The translations under genes were made by a program, and so were the position numbers. From Octopus bimaculoides (taxonomy: Eukaryota): a stretch of DNA of 35,831 nt. The notes below the pieces were generated by a model. The model was not told where the DNA came from and made no database searches. It saw only the letters and a list, made by a program, of their open reading frames with translations. The stretch covers positions 18,481,831 through 18,517,661 of the forward strand of contig NC_068981.1 in the NCBI RefSeq assembly GCF_001194135.2, read 5' to 3'. Shown piece after piece: positions 1 through 10,039 of this stretch (positions within the stretch are counted from its first letter, which is position 1; the number at the start of each line of letters is the position of its first letter).

Positions 1-170
1 ATATATGGGAGAATGTACGAAAAAACAACAACAGACGAGGGCAGGTGGTGTAAACAACAAAAGGATGTATTAGTATGACGCTCGGGAATACGGAAAGTCT
101 TTAACGTTTCGAGCTACGCTCTTCAACAGAAAGAATACGGAGACAAGGAGAAAAAAATTGAATAGTGTTC
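1..170 (-). mobile_element. Fragment of a Penelope-like-associated repeat carrying a minimal hammerhead remnant
   Basis: The minus strand reads TCTTT-CTGTTGA-A-GAGC-GTA-GCTC-GAAA-CGT-T-AAAGA (plus 98-134). This is the layout of the minimal hammerheads known from PLE pseudo-LTRs. The element boundaries are guessed. Confidence 0.5.
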
Positions 171-427
171 AGTCAACGGTCAATCATAGTAATGGCTGAC
201 CGGAAGTTAGAAATTTTACACATGTGCATGATGGATTCTCTCGTCGTGAACGACAAATGAAGGTTCAGTAAAATAAAGCGGTAATCATGTTCTATGGACA
301 CAGATGTGTCTTTTGAGGCCTGCTGGTGCATGTATGTATGGTTTATCAGTGGATCATATATCCGAAAAAGAAACACACTCTTAAGGATAGAGCAGTAATG
401 TATTTACATGAAGTTAAATATATGTCC

Positions 428-499
428 GGTCATAAAGTGACCAATAGTTTCGCATCCATAAAGCGCTTAGCTTTATAGACGACTCGTCACACTTCAATG
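428..499 (-). ncRNA. Second, inverted hammerhead motif with a C3>G core substitution (probably inactive)
   Basis: The minus strand reads CATTGAAGT-GTGACGA-GT-CGTCTATAAAGC-TAAGC-GCTTTATGGATG-C-GAAA-CT-ATT-GGTC-ACTTTATGACC. All three stems still pair. Confidence 0.7.
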
Positions 500-504
500 C
501 TCAT

Positions 505-579
505 GGCCATTAGAGTCTGACGAGTCGTCTATAAAGCAAACCGCTTTATGGATGCGAAACCATTGGTCACTCTATGACC
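505..579 (+). ncRNA. Type I hammerhead ribozyme motif with an intact core
   Basis: Stem I is TAGAGT(511-516)/ACTCTA(569-574). The core is CTGACGA (517-523). G524-C555 closes stem II (526-537/543-554, 12 bp, loop AAACC). GAAA is at 556-559. Stem III is ACC/GGT with loop ATT. The cleavage triplet is GTC (566-568). Confidence 0.8.
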
Positions 580-597
580 GGACATATATTTAACTTC

Positions 598-653
<56 letters not shown>

Positions 654-661
654 ACATACGA

Positions 662-785
662 TAGACACCTTTCAGTTTCCACCTGCCAAATCCACTCACA
701 AGGCTTTCATCAGCCCAGGGTTAGAGCAGAAGTCACTTACCGCGGTGCCGTGCAGTGGGACTGAACACTTATTCGATATGTGGTC
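662..785 (-). mobile_element. Diverged fragment of SINE family A
   Basis: TTTCAGTTTCC..CCAAATCCACTCACAAGGCTTT...GCAGTGGGACTGAAC matches the full copies at 22767 and 28393. Confidence 0.75.
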
Positions 786-1746
786 ACTGAGCATGCTAAA
801 AGTAATAACCAGAAAGCCATAAAATCGCTGCCCACCCTGAAAGAAACAACATGGGATACATTGACTAATGAAGTCCCAGATGCAATATATTTGTTAAAAC
901 GAGACGGTCACGGCTGGAATATCTTTAATCACAAAGCTGATCTGGGGTTAAATAACCAGTTTGTTTTCATATCTTCTTTTATTTTCTCCTTTTTCTTTTA
1001 GTTTATTTTTATTACCCCAGCAAAAGAAAAACAAGAAAAGGAAGAAGCAACCGTGCATTGAAATAAACCTGCTTATAGCATTAATGTCTTTCCGATTTCT
1101 TAAGATGGTTAGAAAACTCATAGATTTTTCCCTGGTTTTGCTACTTTTTATGTTACAAGAAAGACACGAAACGAAACTGCTCGTGATCTTAAATCTCACC
1201 ACATCGTAATCCTCTACTTGCTTTTCCATGTAACAACCAAAGCAATCATATTGACAGAACTGTTGTCTGTCAAAGGAAGCAAACTACTTGTGTATGGAGA
1301 TTAATGCTTTCAGTTTATCTCTGAATGTTTTGACATTAAAGATTCACTTGATCTAATGCGTTATTCTCTCAATTACGTAGACAGTTGCACCATATATCGG
1401 TACGGTCTGTTATTTCATGACTTGCACATATTGATGCGATACTATATCCTTAACTTGATTTCTTATTGTTTTACACTTTCTTTCAAGACAATATTCTATT
1501 TATTCCTTATTCGATTTTTCTGTAGGAAAACGGAATTGAATTTAATGCAAAATGTAAATTTGGTTGTAGATGAAACAGAAGTTCAAAAGTTGAGGCTTCT
1601 ACTGCAAATCCAAAAATTCGACTTTCAAACGTTTGTATAAATATATCTGAAAGGATTCTGAGAGAAGAAAAGAACTTGTACTCAAATTTGAAAACTGAAG
1701 GAATACTACCTTATCACACCAGCATGTTATCAGCATGTGATTCACA

Positions 1747-2125
1747 TTGTTATTGTTGTTGTTGGCACGCCGTCGCTTACGACGTCGAGGGTTCCAGTTG
1801 ATCCGATCAACGGAACAGCCTGCTCGTGAAATTAACGTGCAAGTGGCTGAGCACTCCACGGATACGTGTACCCTTAACGTAGTTCTCGGGGATATTCAGT
1901 GTGACAAAGCTGACACTTTGAATTACAGGCACAACAGAAACAGGAAGTAAGAGTGAGAGAAAGTTGTGAAAGAGTACAGCAGGGTTCGCCACCACCCCCT
2001 GCTGGAATCTCGTGGAGCTTTTTAGGTGTTTTCGCTCAATAAATACTCACAACGCCCGGTCTGGGAATCGAAACCGCGATCCTATGACCGCGAGTCCGCT
2101 GCCCTAACCACTGGGCCATTGCGCC
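1747..2125 (-). mobile_element. tRNA-derived SINE family C (cephalopod-type), full length
   Basis: The minus-strand head GGCGCAATGGCCCAGTGGTTAGGGCAGCGGACTCGCGG...GGTTTCGATTCCCAG has pol III A/B-box-like motifs, and there is a (CAA)n tail. It is closely similar to the copy at 23780-24143. Confidence 0.9.
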
Positions 2126-2638
2126 TCCACCACATTGTCATAGTTATCATTATAAAGCACACGCTGTAAGTATATAGACCGTAGTATGTCTCCAGTCTCT
2201 ATATTATATATATTCTCATTATTTCATCGTCTTATGTTCATTTTCTAAGCTGGCGGTTCGGTACTATCCGATCCGACGAGTCAGAGGACAGCGTTCTGCT
2301 CCGCTATTTCAGCTTTGGCATGGTTTCTACGGCTGGATGTCGTTCTTAACACCAGAGCGTACTTTCCCAGAGCGTACTTTCCCCCATGTCTAAAAGGAGA
2401 GAAAAGTGTTGGTTTTAGACAAGGCGATGAGAGAGAGGATAAGATATGATGAGGGGAACCGATTTATTGTAGTGGCAAGGTGGTCTTGATGGAGAGACTA
2501 ACAGAGTAAACCGTTGGTTGGCATGGAAAGGACAGAGGAAAGAAGGATTTAGTGTTAAGGGATAGTGAGAATGAGAGAGACGGATTAATAAGGGCGATGG
2601 GATGGGTTGAGTGTATGTAAATATACATGCATGCATGT

Positions 2639-2670
<32 letters not shown>

Positions 2671-2685
2671 ATAGCAGAAATAATA

Positions 2686-2919
2686 GGCGGCGAGCTGGCA
2701 GAAACGTTAGCACGCCGGCGTAATGCTTATCAGCATTTCGTCTGCTGTTACGTTTTGAGTTCAAATTCCGCCGAGGTCGACTTTACCTTTCATCCTTTCG
2801 GGGTCGATAAATTAAGTACCAGTTACGCACTGGGGTCGATGTAATCGACTTAATCCGTTTGTCTGTCCTTGTTTGTCCCCTCTATGTTTAGCCCCTTGTG
2901 GGCAATAAAGAAATAAGAA
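2686..2919 (+). mobile_element. tRNA-derived SINE family B, full length
   Basis: Head GGCGGCGAGCTGGCAGAAACGTTAGC, B box GAGTTCAAATTCC, core CCTTTCATCCTTTCGGGGTCGATAAATTAAGTACCAG, tail AATAAAGAAATAAGAA. At least 8 related copies are in the window. Confidence 0.92.
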
Positions 2920-4208
2920 ATATTTGGCACCAACTCGTTGCTTAAGAATTGGACCCGAATTACTGTGAAGATATGACCAAGATTTTGTTAAAGACTGATG
3001 ACGTCAGCAAAGAACTGACCACTCGAACCTCAGGTAGAAGTAGGATGTCATTCACATTTTGTTTTCGGCGCTCCTTTCCCTTGATAGAAACATTATTTAT
3101 AGTGCATTTATTCACCAATACGTCAGCAAGAAAAACGTCCCTGCAGGGATTTACGACACTCAGCATCATGGAATGTCACGACAATGATGACGACGGTAGT
3201 GGTGATGACACGGTCTAAGCCAGCTTAGATACTCGAATTCATATTAATGACTGTTACCATCATTATTGATACAAAACCTCATGCAAATTGTCGAACTGTT
3301 TAAATTGGTGTTATCACGAGTGTGTTTGGCGTCTCGTTAAATGCCGCTATGGTAACTGTTGAGTTAGTGAATGAAAATGTACTTTTCGGATTGCGTGAAG
3401 AAATAACTGCCAACATTCGCGAGCAATTAGCGGAAGATTTTATTATTGTATATAGAGTCTAACTTGTGTTGGACTCTTACAAATACTTACAGCAATAATT
3501 ACATACTGGCAGAGATGGAAAAACCACGCAGCGCCAAAAGAAGTTACTTCTGAGTTATCGTGTGAATGGTATGTTCGGATCGTCCAAGAACCTGGAGATG
3601 TCTGCGCGAATGTTCCTAGTAAGAGTGGAGACGCATTTAGTTCAACCACCTTCCAACACTCTGCCATGATAAGAGGTGAGATGTGTGAACGAGACGGCCG
3701 TTTTCAACGCTTGGCAAAGAGTTTAGAAGCCTAAATTGGATTTATATAGACCATATGAAGAAAATTCTTCATCAGTTGTCGGCTGTCTATCTACTCTTCG
3801 TTTCGAGCATTCAATGACAATATGAGTCTTCAAAGACAGTTGCTCCCGTAAATTCTAAAATAAAATTTAAGATTTATGGAGGGTCAAAGTTGGGAGCAAA
3901 AAAAAAAAAAATGACAGTGGAGACATACAAGGAAACCGAACGAAAACAAACATGGATGATCGTTAGACCAGAACGAGAGAAAAATATTGAATGCTGGGAG
4001 AAACATAGTCGTTGATTATTGAAAAGGTTGCAAGATGCAACGAAAATTTTAGGAAAAATAAATAAGTAAATGAATGGAAACTTTACCGGCGCGTGTATTA
4101 AATAATAAGGCATTACAAGAGAATGACTCTCTCCAGAGACAACAAAATATGCTTCAACACAAGAACTCGCATAAAGAATCTTGCAAGCCAAACCCCAAAA
4201 CAAAGTAT

Positions 4209-4260
<52 letters not shown>

Positions 4261-5145
4261 TCACAAATACACTCACACATATGTATATGAAATATATTGT
4301 TTACTTTTTGGTAATGAATCTAATTCGTTTCCGATTCTCATTTGTCACAACAAAAGTTCGTTGCCGCATCAATTAAGTTATACGTATTTCGGAACATTTC
4401 ATTTCAAGACGTCAACCAAAACTGAACGTATACACCTAATGCCCCCTCTGAATCATTAATAAACAAATAATCATTATTTGTTTATAATAAACATCAATAA
4501 ACAAATAACTTATTAAAAAATAGTACAATAAGATAATAATTAACCCGAATAAATGAAGAGAAACAAAATAGAAATTAATAAATTAAAAAAATATCATTCA
4601 CACCTGATTTGAAATAACTCTCTCCTATGAAGATATAAAAGCTGACGGACATTAAAATATAACATTATTGATGTTATTACATGATAAATAATATAAATAA
4701 TTTGTAAAACGAACGAATGATTAATTAAATTAGCAAAAATGTAAATTAAAAATTTAAAGTATTAAAAAAAATATATTAACTATAGAAAAATTTCATAATT
4801 TTACACCTGAGTTTGGCAGGGTTGTACGTGGAAGAGAACGGTAGGAGAGCGGTGGAGGAGGAAATTATTGTAGAAGAGAAGAAGAGATCTTTTAAGAGAA
4901 CACATTTGTTCTGTTGTAGAATCATCAAATTCTTCTATTATTGAAAAAGAAACAGAAATAAAAGTGTCTTGGATTCCTTTTAAAAAGAAAGTATTCAGGA
5001 TAGATCGTTGCAGTTTATTCTTCTGAACTGCCCAAAAGTATTGTAATACTTCATAATAAAAATAATAAGCACCTATTTTAACATTATCTAAGAAAGACAG
5101 ATACATTATCTTAGTGTTTGTTAGCTTACGCCGGAGACAAAAAAA

Positions 5146-5428
5146 AAATGGTACTTAATTTATCGACCCCGAAAGGATGAAAGGCAAAGTGGACCTCGGC
5201 GGAATTTGAACTCAGAACGTAAAGACAGACGCAATACCGCTAAGCATTTCGCTCGGCGTGCTTACGTTTCTTTTCTACTCTAGGCAGAAGGCCCGAAATT
5301 TTGGGGGGAGTGGGGCAGTCGATTAGACCAACCTCAGTACGCAACTGGTACTTAATTTATCGACCCTGAAAGGATGAAAGGCAAAGTGGACCTCGGCGGA
5401 ATTTGAACTCAGAACATAAAGACAGACA
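5146..5428 (-). mobile_element. Two tandem partial SINE family B copies
   Basis: The core TGGTACTTAATTTATCGACCC.GAAAGGATGAAAGGCAAAGTGGACCTCGGCGGAATTTGAACTCAGAAC occurs twice, at about 5149 and about 5347. Confidence 0.9.
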
Positions 5429-5701
5429 CACATACTTGCATGTATACATACATACATACATACATACATACATACATACATACACACATACATACATAAG
5501 TATATATGAGCATATTTAGATATGCAGGTATATGCATGAGAAGACACACATGAAACAAAACATACAACTCTGCACGTATACACACATACAAACAAAAATA
5601 CCCTATGGTTGATGTTGAAATTCCAATGAAGAAGGAGCCTTGGATCTAGCTTAAGAACCGGCTCTTTCTCTATTGGCAAGAGATCTTGAAATAAAACTGA
5701 A

Positions 5702-5770
5702 TTATGACAAACAAACAAACAAACAAACAAACAAACAAACAAACAAACAAACAAACAAACAAACAAACAA

Positions 5771-5837
<67 letters not shown>
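5702..5837. repeat. Compound microsatellite (ACAA)n-(ACAT)n-(AT)n
   Basis: Read directly from the sequence. Confidence 0.97.
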
Positions 5838-6011
5838 TGTAAAATAACGAAGGTGGCTAGACGCAATATGAAAACGAAAAGGAAATTTTCAATTGTCACT
5901 AATAATGACTGAGAGTGCGGGGTAGCATCTACATTACTAGAAACAAGAGTCAAAATGCACAGGTCTATGTTCTGACAGGGGAGATAATCGTCCCACAGCG
6001 AGCGAGATCAC

Positions 6012-6055
6012 AATATTAGCTAGCTAGTTTCGCTTAGCTCATCAGTAATGACAAC
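6012..6055 (-). ncRNA. Degenerate minimal hammerhead motif
   Basis: The minus strand reads ATTA-CTGATGA-GC-TAA-GC-GAAA-CTAGCTAG-C-TAAT. The core and the palindromic stem III are intact, but the U of the NUH triplet is missing. Confidence 0.45.
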
Positions 6056-6399
6056 TCCGTCGCTTATGTTGAGCTAAATCCCATCAGTATATAGTATTTA
6101 GTATATGAATCAATGCCTGATTCAGCCAAATGGTATTATATATGTAAGTATGCGTGTGTGTATACCTCTACGTCCGCACCTGCACACATGTATATATAAA
6201 TACATGGTATATAAGCCTATCTTGAACTTTTCACAGTTCAATATACCTACACGCACTCCAGTAGAGGTTTACATACACGCATACATGCACACTTAGATAC
6301 ACTCCATGTATGCATGCACAAAAAGATGCATAAGAATAGAAATAGAAAAGATTGCAGAAAATGTGTGATACATGGTTTCTGAGTATGAACATTGACTAT

Positions 6400-6850
6400 A
6401 AAGTTCAAGATGCGATACGCAATAGAATCAAGTCTCTAACAATTTAACATCGCCTACATTTGTACGCCGACACTGGAACCAGTGTTGAGAAGAACAATAT
6501 TTTTCGTGTAGGTCTCTGATGGAGCGTAGAATTCTTGGAGGAATGACCAACAACTATCGAGTGTGTAAAACCAACCTACAGTGTAAAACTAGGAATGTAG
6601 CATACCAAATGAAGTGTATGAAAGGTTAGTGTAAAGACAGCGCCAAATACATATAGGAGAACCTACCCGCAGTATAGATGAAAGGATTGGGGTGCACAAG
6701 CGTGAATAAAGATAAAAGAACAAACACCCATACTCTACCAACATATCCTACTGAAACACAATGGTTTAACAGACAAGGTGGAGATAAAAGTTGTTACTAC
6801 ACATCCGAAAGATCCGGCTCAATAGATTGTAGAAGTGTATTCTGAATACA
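6400..6850 (+). mobile_element. Penelope-like element GIY-YIG endonuclease remnant
   Basis: Frameshifted translation: CKTNLQCKTRNVAYQMKC...IGEPTRSIDERIGVH...ILYQHILLKHNG...DPAQ. This follows the PLE endonuclease pattern Cx..NV.Y...C..YIGETxR...EH...HxxxxH. Confidence 0.7.
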
Positions 6851-7579
6851 GACACATATACACACACACATTCATTAAAACGAATGAGTAGAGTAACAAT
6901 ATATCTACTACAGTAATAAAAGAATGAAGATGAAATAATATTAAAATGAAATCAAACATTACACACACACATATCACAAATCACACACACACACACACAC
7001 ATACACACACTTAGAGCCTACAATCTATCTACAAATATACACGTTTTATGTCGGCATCAACAAAAATATGAACATATTGAAATTAAAACAAATACAATGA
7101 ATGCAAAACAGTAGAACGACAACACACACACACGCACACACACAAACACACATATAGACAATGTCTGACAACCTACTATATACAAGAAAATTAGTTGGAC
7201 AATTTGAAATCATTGAGAAAGTAACAGTAATAGTATGAAAATTTCTGACATTCATAATTGAAGTGAACTATAATCAGCGTGGTTGTTTATTGACAATATG
7301 ACAATGACAGTTTATTAGCTGCATCAGTTAATTTCCTCTTTATATTAAAGTTATTGTTATTGGTCTCTAGACACCTAATTGAAAGCTGACAAAGTTGTCA
7401 TTGATTTTTTGGCGATTCCTAAATGAATGCTGATGGTGGGGAATCGAGTTTTGAAGGAGTTCGATGTCAAACTAATGTGTAACATTGAAAGTGTTAGTAT
7501 TTACTGCAGTACAGTGAATAATTCTTTTAAGCGTGCAAGTTTCTTTAAGAGGGCATTCATTTGAGTTTGTGAAATTACA

Positions 7580-7623
<44 letters not shown>

Positions 7624-7740
7624 ACACACACGTACACGCACATGCAAGCACGTACGCGCGCACACACACACATACACACACACGTACACACACACACACA
7701 CACATATACGCACACACATACACAGACATACAAGAACACA

Positions 7741-7885
7741 TACATACAAAATCAAACTGTTGGAGACCCTTCCCTTTTTCGCTCATCAATTGTAGAACTG
7801 GAATATATTTGCATCATTATTCCTAATTAACACACAGTAAGGCTTTATACGTGGGTGGGCTGGAAACTTCATAGGCCGACAGTGA
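7741..7885 (+). repeat. Inverted duplicate of 9690-9834 (flank plus mariner 5' end)
   Basis: Ungapped 145-bp alignment to the reverse complement of 9690-9834, with 13 mismatches counted by eye. Confidence 0.92.
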
Positions 7886-7910
7886 GCACGCGCAAATATA
7901 TACATATGTA

Positions 7911-8330
7911 GGCGCAGGAGTGGCTGTGTGGTAAGTAGCTTGCTTACCAACCACATAATCCCGGGTTCATTCCCACTGCGTGGCACCTTGAGCAAGTGTC
8001 TTCTACTATAGCCTCGGGCCGACCAAAGCCCTGTGAGTGGATTTGGTAGACGGAAACTGAAAGAAGCCCGTTGTATATATGTATATGTGTGTGTGTGTGT
8101 GTGTGTATATGTTTGTGTGTCTGTGTTTGTCCCCCCAACATCACTTGACAACCAATGGTGGTGTGTTTACGTCCCCGTAACTTAGCGGTTCGGCAAAAGA
8201 GACCGATAGAATAAGTACTAGGCTTCCAAAGAATAAGTCCTGGGGTCGATTTGCTCGACTAAAAGGCGGTGCTCCAGCATGGCCACAGTCAAGTGACTGA
8301 AACAAGTAAAAGAATAAAAGAATAAAAGAA
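7911..8330 (+). mobile_element. tRNA-derived SINE family A (long composite with an internal (TG)n), full length
   Basis: Head GGCGCAGGAGTGGCTGTGTGGTAAG...GGGTTCATTCCC, central GTGAGTGGATTTGGTAGACGGAAACTGAAAGAAGCCC, tail GACTGAAACAAGT(AAAAGAAT)n. It matches 22767-23180 and 28393-28979. Confidence 0.93.
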
Positions 8331-8389
8331 TATGTATGCATATGCGCAAATAGTGTAAATTAGAAAAACTGAAATAAATTTGGATATTA

Positions 8390-9725
8390 TGAGGGTCGAG
8401 TGAAAAGTTCAGAGGTTGACCAAAATATTCTCACGGAATGCGACCAAATGAAAATTATTTTTCGATGAAGTTCCCCTTGCGGTCCACACACGTCTTCCAT
8501 CGGTGTTGCAGCGCTTGGATCCCATTGGTGGAGAAGTTTTCATCCTGTTGATAAAATAGTCATCAACAGCAGATATGACGACATCATTACTGCGATGCTG
8601 TTTCCCAGCCAGGTGTTTTGTTATGTTTAGGGAACAGACGATAGTCAAATGGGACTAAATCAAGAGAATAGGAACGTTGATCAACCAGTTAAAAGCCACA
8701 GCAGCCAATGAAACCAAGGACTTGTTAGTTTCTCTGGGCGTTTGATCATGATAGCCTTTCGTAATAGCCTCAGCAATTTAGCGTAGTACTTTCCATTGAA
8801 AATGCGTCACTTTTGAAGATAGTCAATAAACACAATGACTTGTGCATCTCCAAAACTGAGGCCATCACCTTCACTGCAGATGAAACAACCTTGGCCTTCT
8901 CTGGAGCAGGTGAAGAGGGCGTTTCCACTGCATAGATTATCTTTTTGTCACTGGCTGAAAGTGATGAAGCCAACACTGATCCTGGATATGGAAACGTTCA
9001 TGGAAACCAGCTGGATATACCTGAAAGCAATATCAGAATATTCTAATAGCCTTGGCTATTTGAGTTATAGCGTGTTATCAATCCCCATATGGTGAACACG
9101 ATCAGTGTCTTCCTCTGTGGTGGCTGTTGCAGGACGTGCAGTCTTTGGGTCATCTTCAAGACTCTCTGTTCCCCTTCTAAATTCAGCTTGCCTACTTATG
9201 CACTGTTGATAAAACTGGAGCGTCACCTCCTATCGTACCAATGAATGCCGATGGGAGATAAGCCCTTTTTCTTATTTCTTTATTGCCCACAAGGGGCTAA
9301 ACATAGAGGCGACAAACAAGGACAGACAAAGGGATTAAGTCGATTACATCGACCCCCAGTGCGTAACTGGTACTTAATTTATCGACCCCGAAAGGATGAA
9401 AGGCAAAGTCAACCTCGGCGGAATTTGAACTCAGAACGTAACGGCAGACGAAATATCGCTAAGCATTTCGCCCGGCGTGCTAACGTTTCTGCCAGCTCGC
9501 CGCCTTTTTCTGCAGGTACTTGATAACACCACAATGCCAAATTGTGTATTTTAAGAGAAACCGCTACTACTTACTTGTGAAGTCTTCTTTGAACAGTGAG
9601 ATGTGAGTTTACCTGGAAAGGAACAACGCAGTTATTAATAAGAGTTGAAACTTATACATGTAATATTTCACAGCTCCAGCATCACTCCTTCATTGTCGGC
9701 CAATGAAGTTTTCCGCCCACCCTCG
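8390..9725 (-). mobile_element. Decayed mariner DNA transposon (irritans/Himar1-like), internally deleted
   Basis: The TIRs (TA)CGAGGGTGGGCGGAAAACTTCA at 9727 and (TA)TGAGGGTCGAGTGAAAAGTTCA at 8388 are flanked by TA. Broken translation: EFRRGTESLEDDPKTARPATATTEE...QDQCWLHHFQP...SMQWKRPSSPAPEKAKVVSSA.KVMASV...YSLDLVPFDYRLFP..KHLAGKQ. The WVPR and HQDNA segments are absent. Confidence 0.93.
9269..9504 (-). mobile_element. SINE family B nested in the mariner transposase 5' region
   Basis: A full copy interrupts the mariner reading GVIKYLQKK|GL. It is flanked by a short A-rich direct repeat (AGAAAAA on the minus strand). Confidence 0.93.
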
Positions 9726-10039
9726 TACAAAGCCTTACTGTGTGTTAAATAAGAATAATGATGCCAATATATTCCTTTTCTACAATTGATGATCGAAAAA
9801 GGGAAGGGTCTCCAACAGTTTGCTTTTGTATGTATGTATGTATGTATGTATGTATGTATGTATGTATGTATGTATGTATGCATGTAGGTATGTGTGTGTA
9901 TGTATGCATGCATATAAGAATGTATGTATTGAGAGAGAGAGAAAGAAAGAGAAAGAGACAGGTACAGAGAATATCGATTAACATAGGGGGCGGTATAGTT
10001 TAGATCTATTCAGATTGGATGATGCTTGTCCGATATTCA

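Larger units (their letters stand above)
405..602. repeat. Long imperfect palindrome (inverted duplication, arms about 95 bp)
   Basis: TACATGAAGTTAAATATATGTCCGGTCAT...GACGACTCGTCA is mirrored by TGACGAGTCGTC...ATGACCGGACATATATTTAACTTCATGTA. The arms differ by 7 substitutions and no gaps. Confidence 0.95.

Noticed and set aside
948-1229. Minus-strand ORF with DINAISRFI...FFLFLFFFCW, faintly like a Cys-loop receptor M4 helix
   Set aside because: The hydrophobic run is produced by an A-rich purine tract on the plus strand, and no upstream exons or family motifs were found.
1526-1740. Strong plus-strand splice acceptor at 1525 followed by a mostly open frame
   Set aside because: There is an in-frame TGA after 15 codons, no convincing donor and no recognisable product.
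2040-2125. tRNA-like heads with A/B boxes (also at 7911, 24060 and 26706)
   Set aside because: Each continues into a SINE body and lacks a clean acceptor stem, so these are not tRNA genes.
2273-2292. CCGACGA-GTC-AGAG-GAC, resembling a hammerhead core and stem II
   Set aside because: There is no GAAA after the stem, the U4 position is C, and there are no stems I or III.
3219-3300. RIHIN followed by a hydrophobic run, reminiscent of the octopus protocadherin juxtamembrane region
   Set aside because: It needs a frameshift, and no cadherin motifs (DxNDN, LDRE, AxDxG) are nearby.
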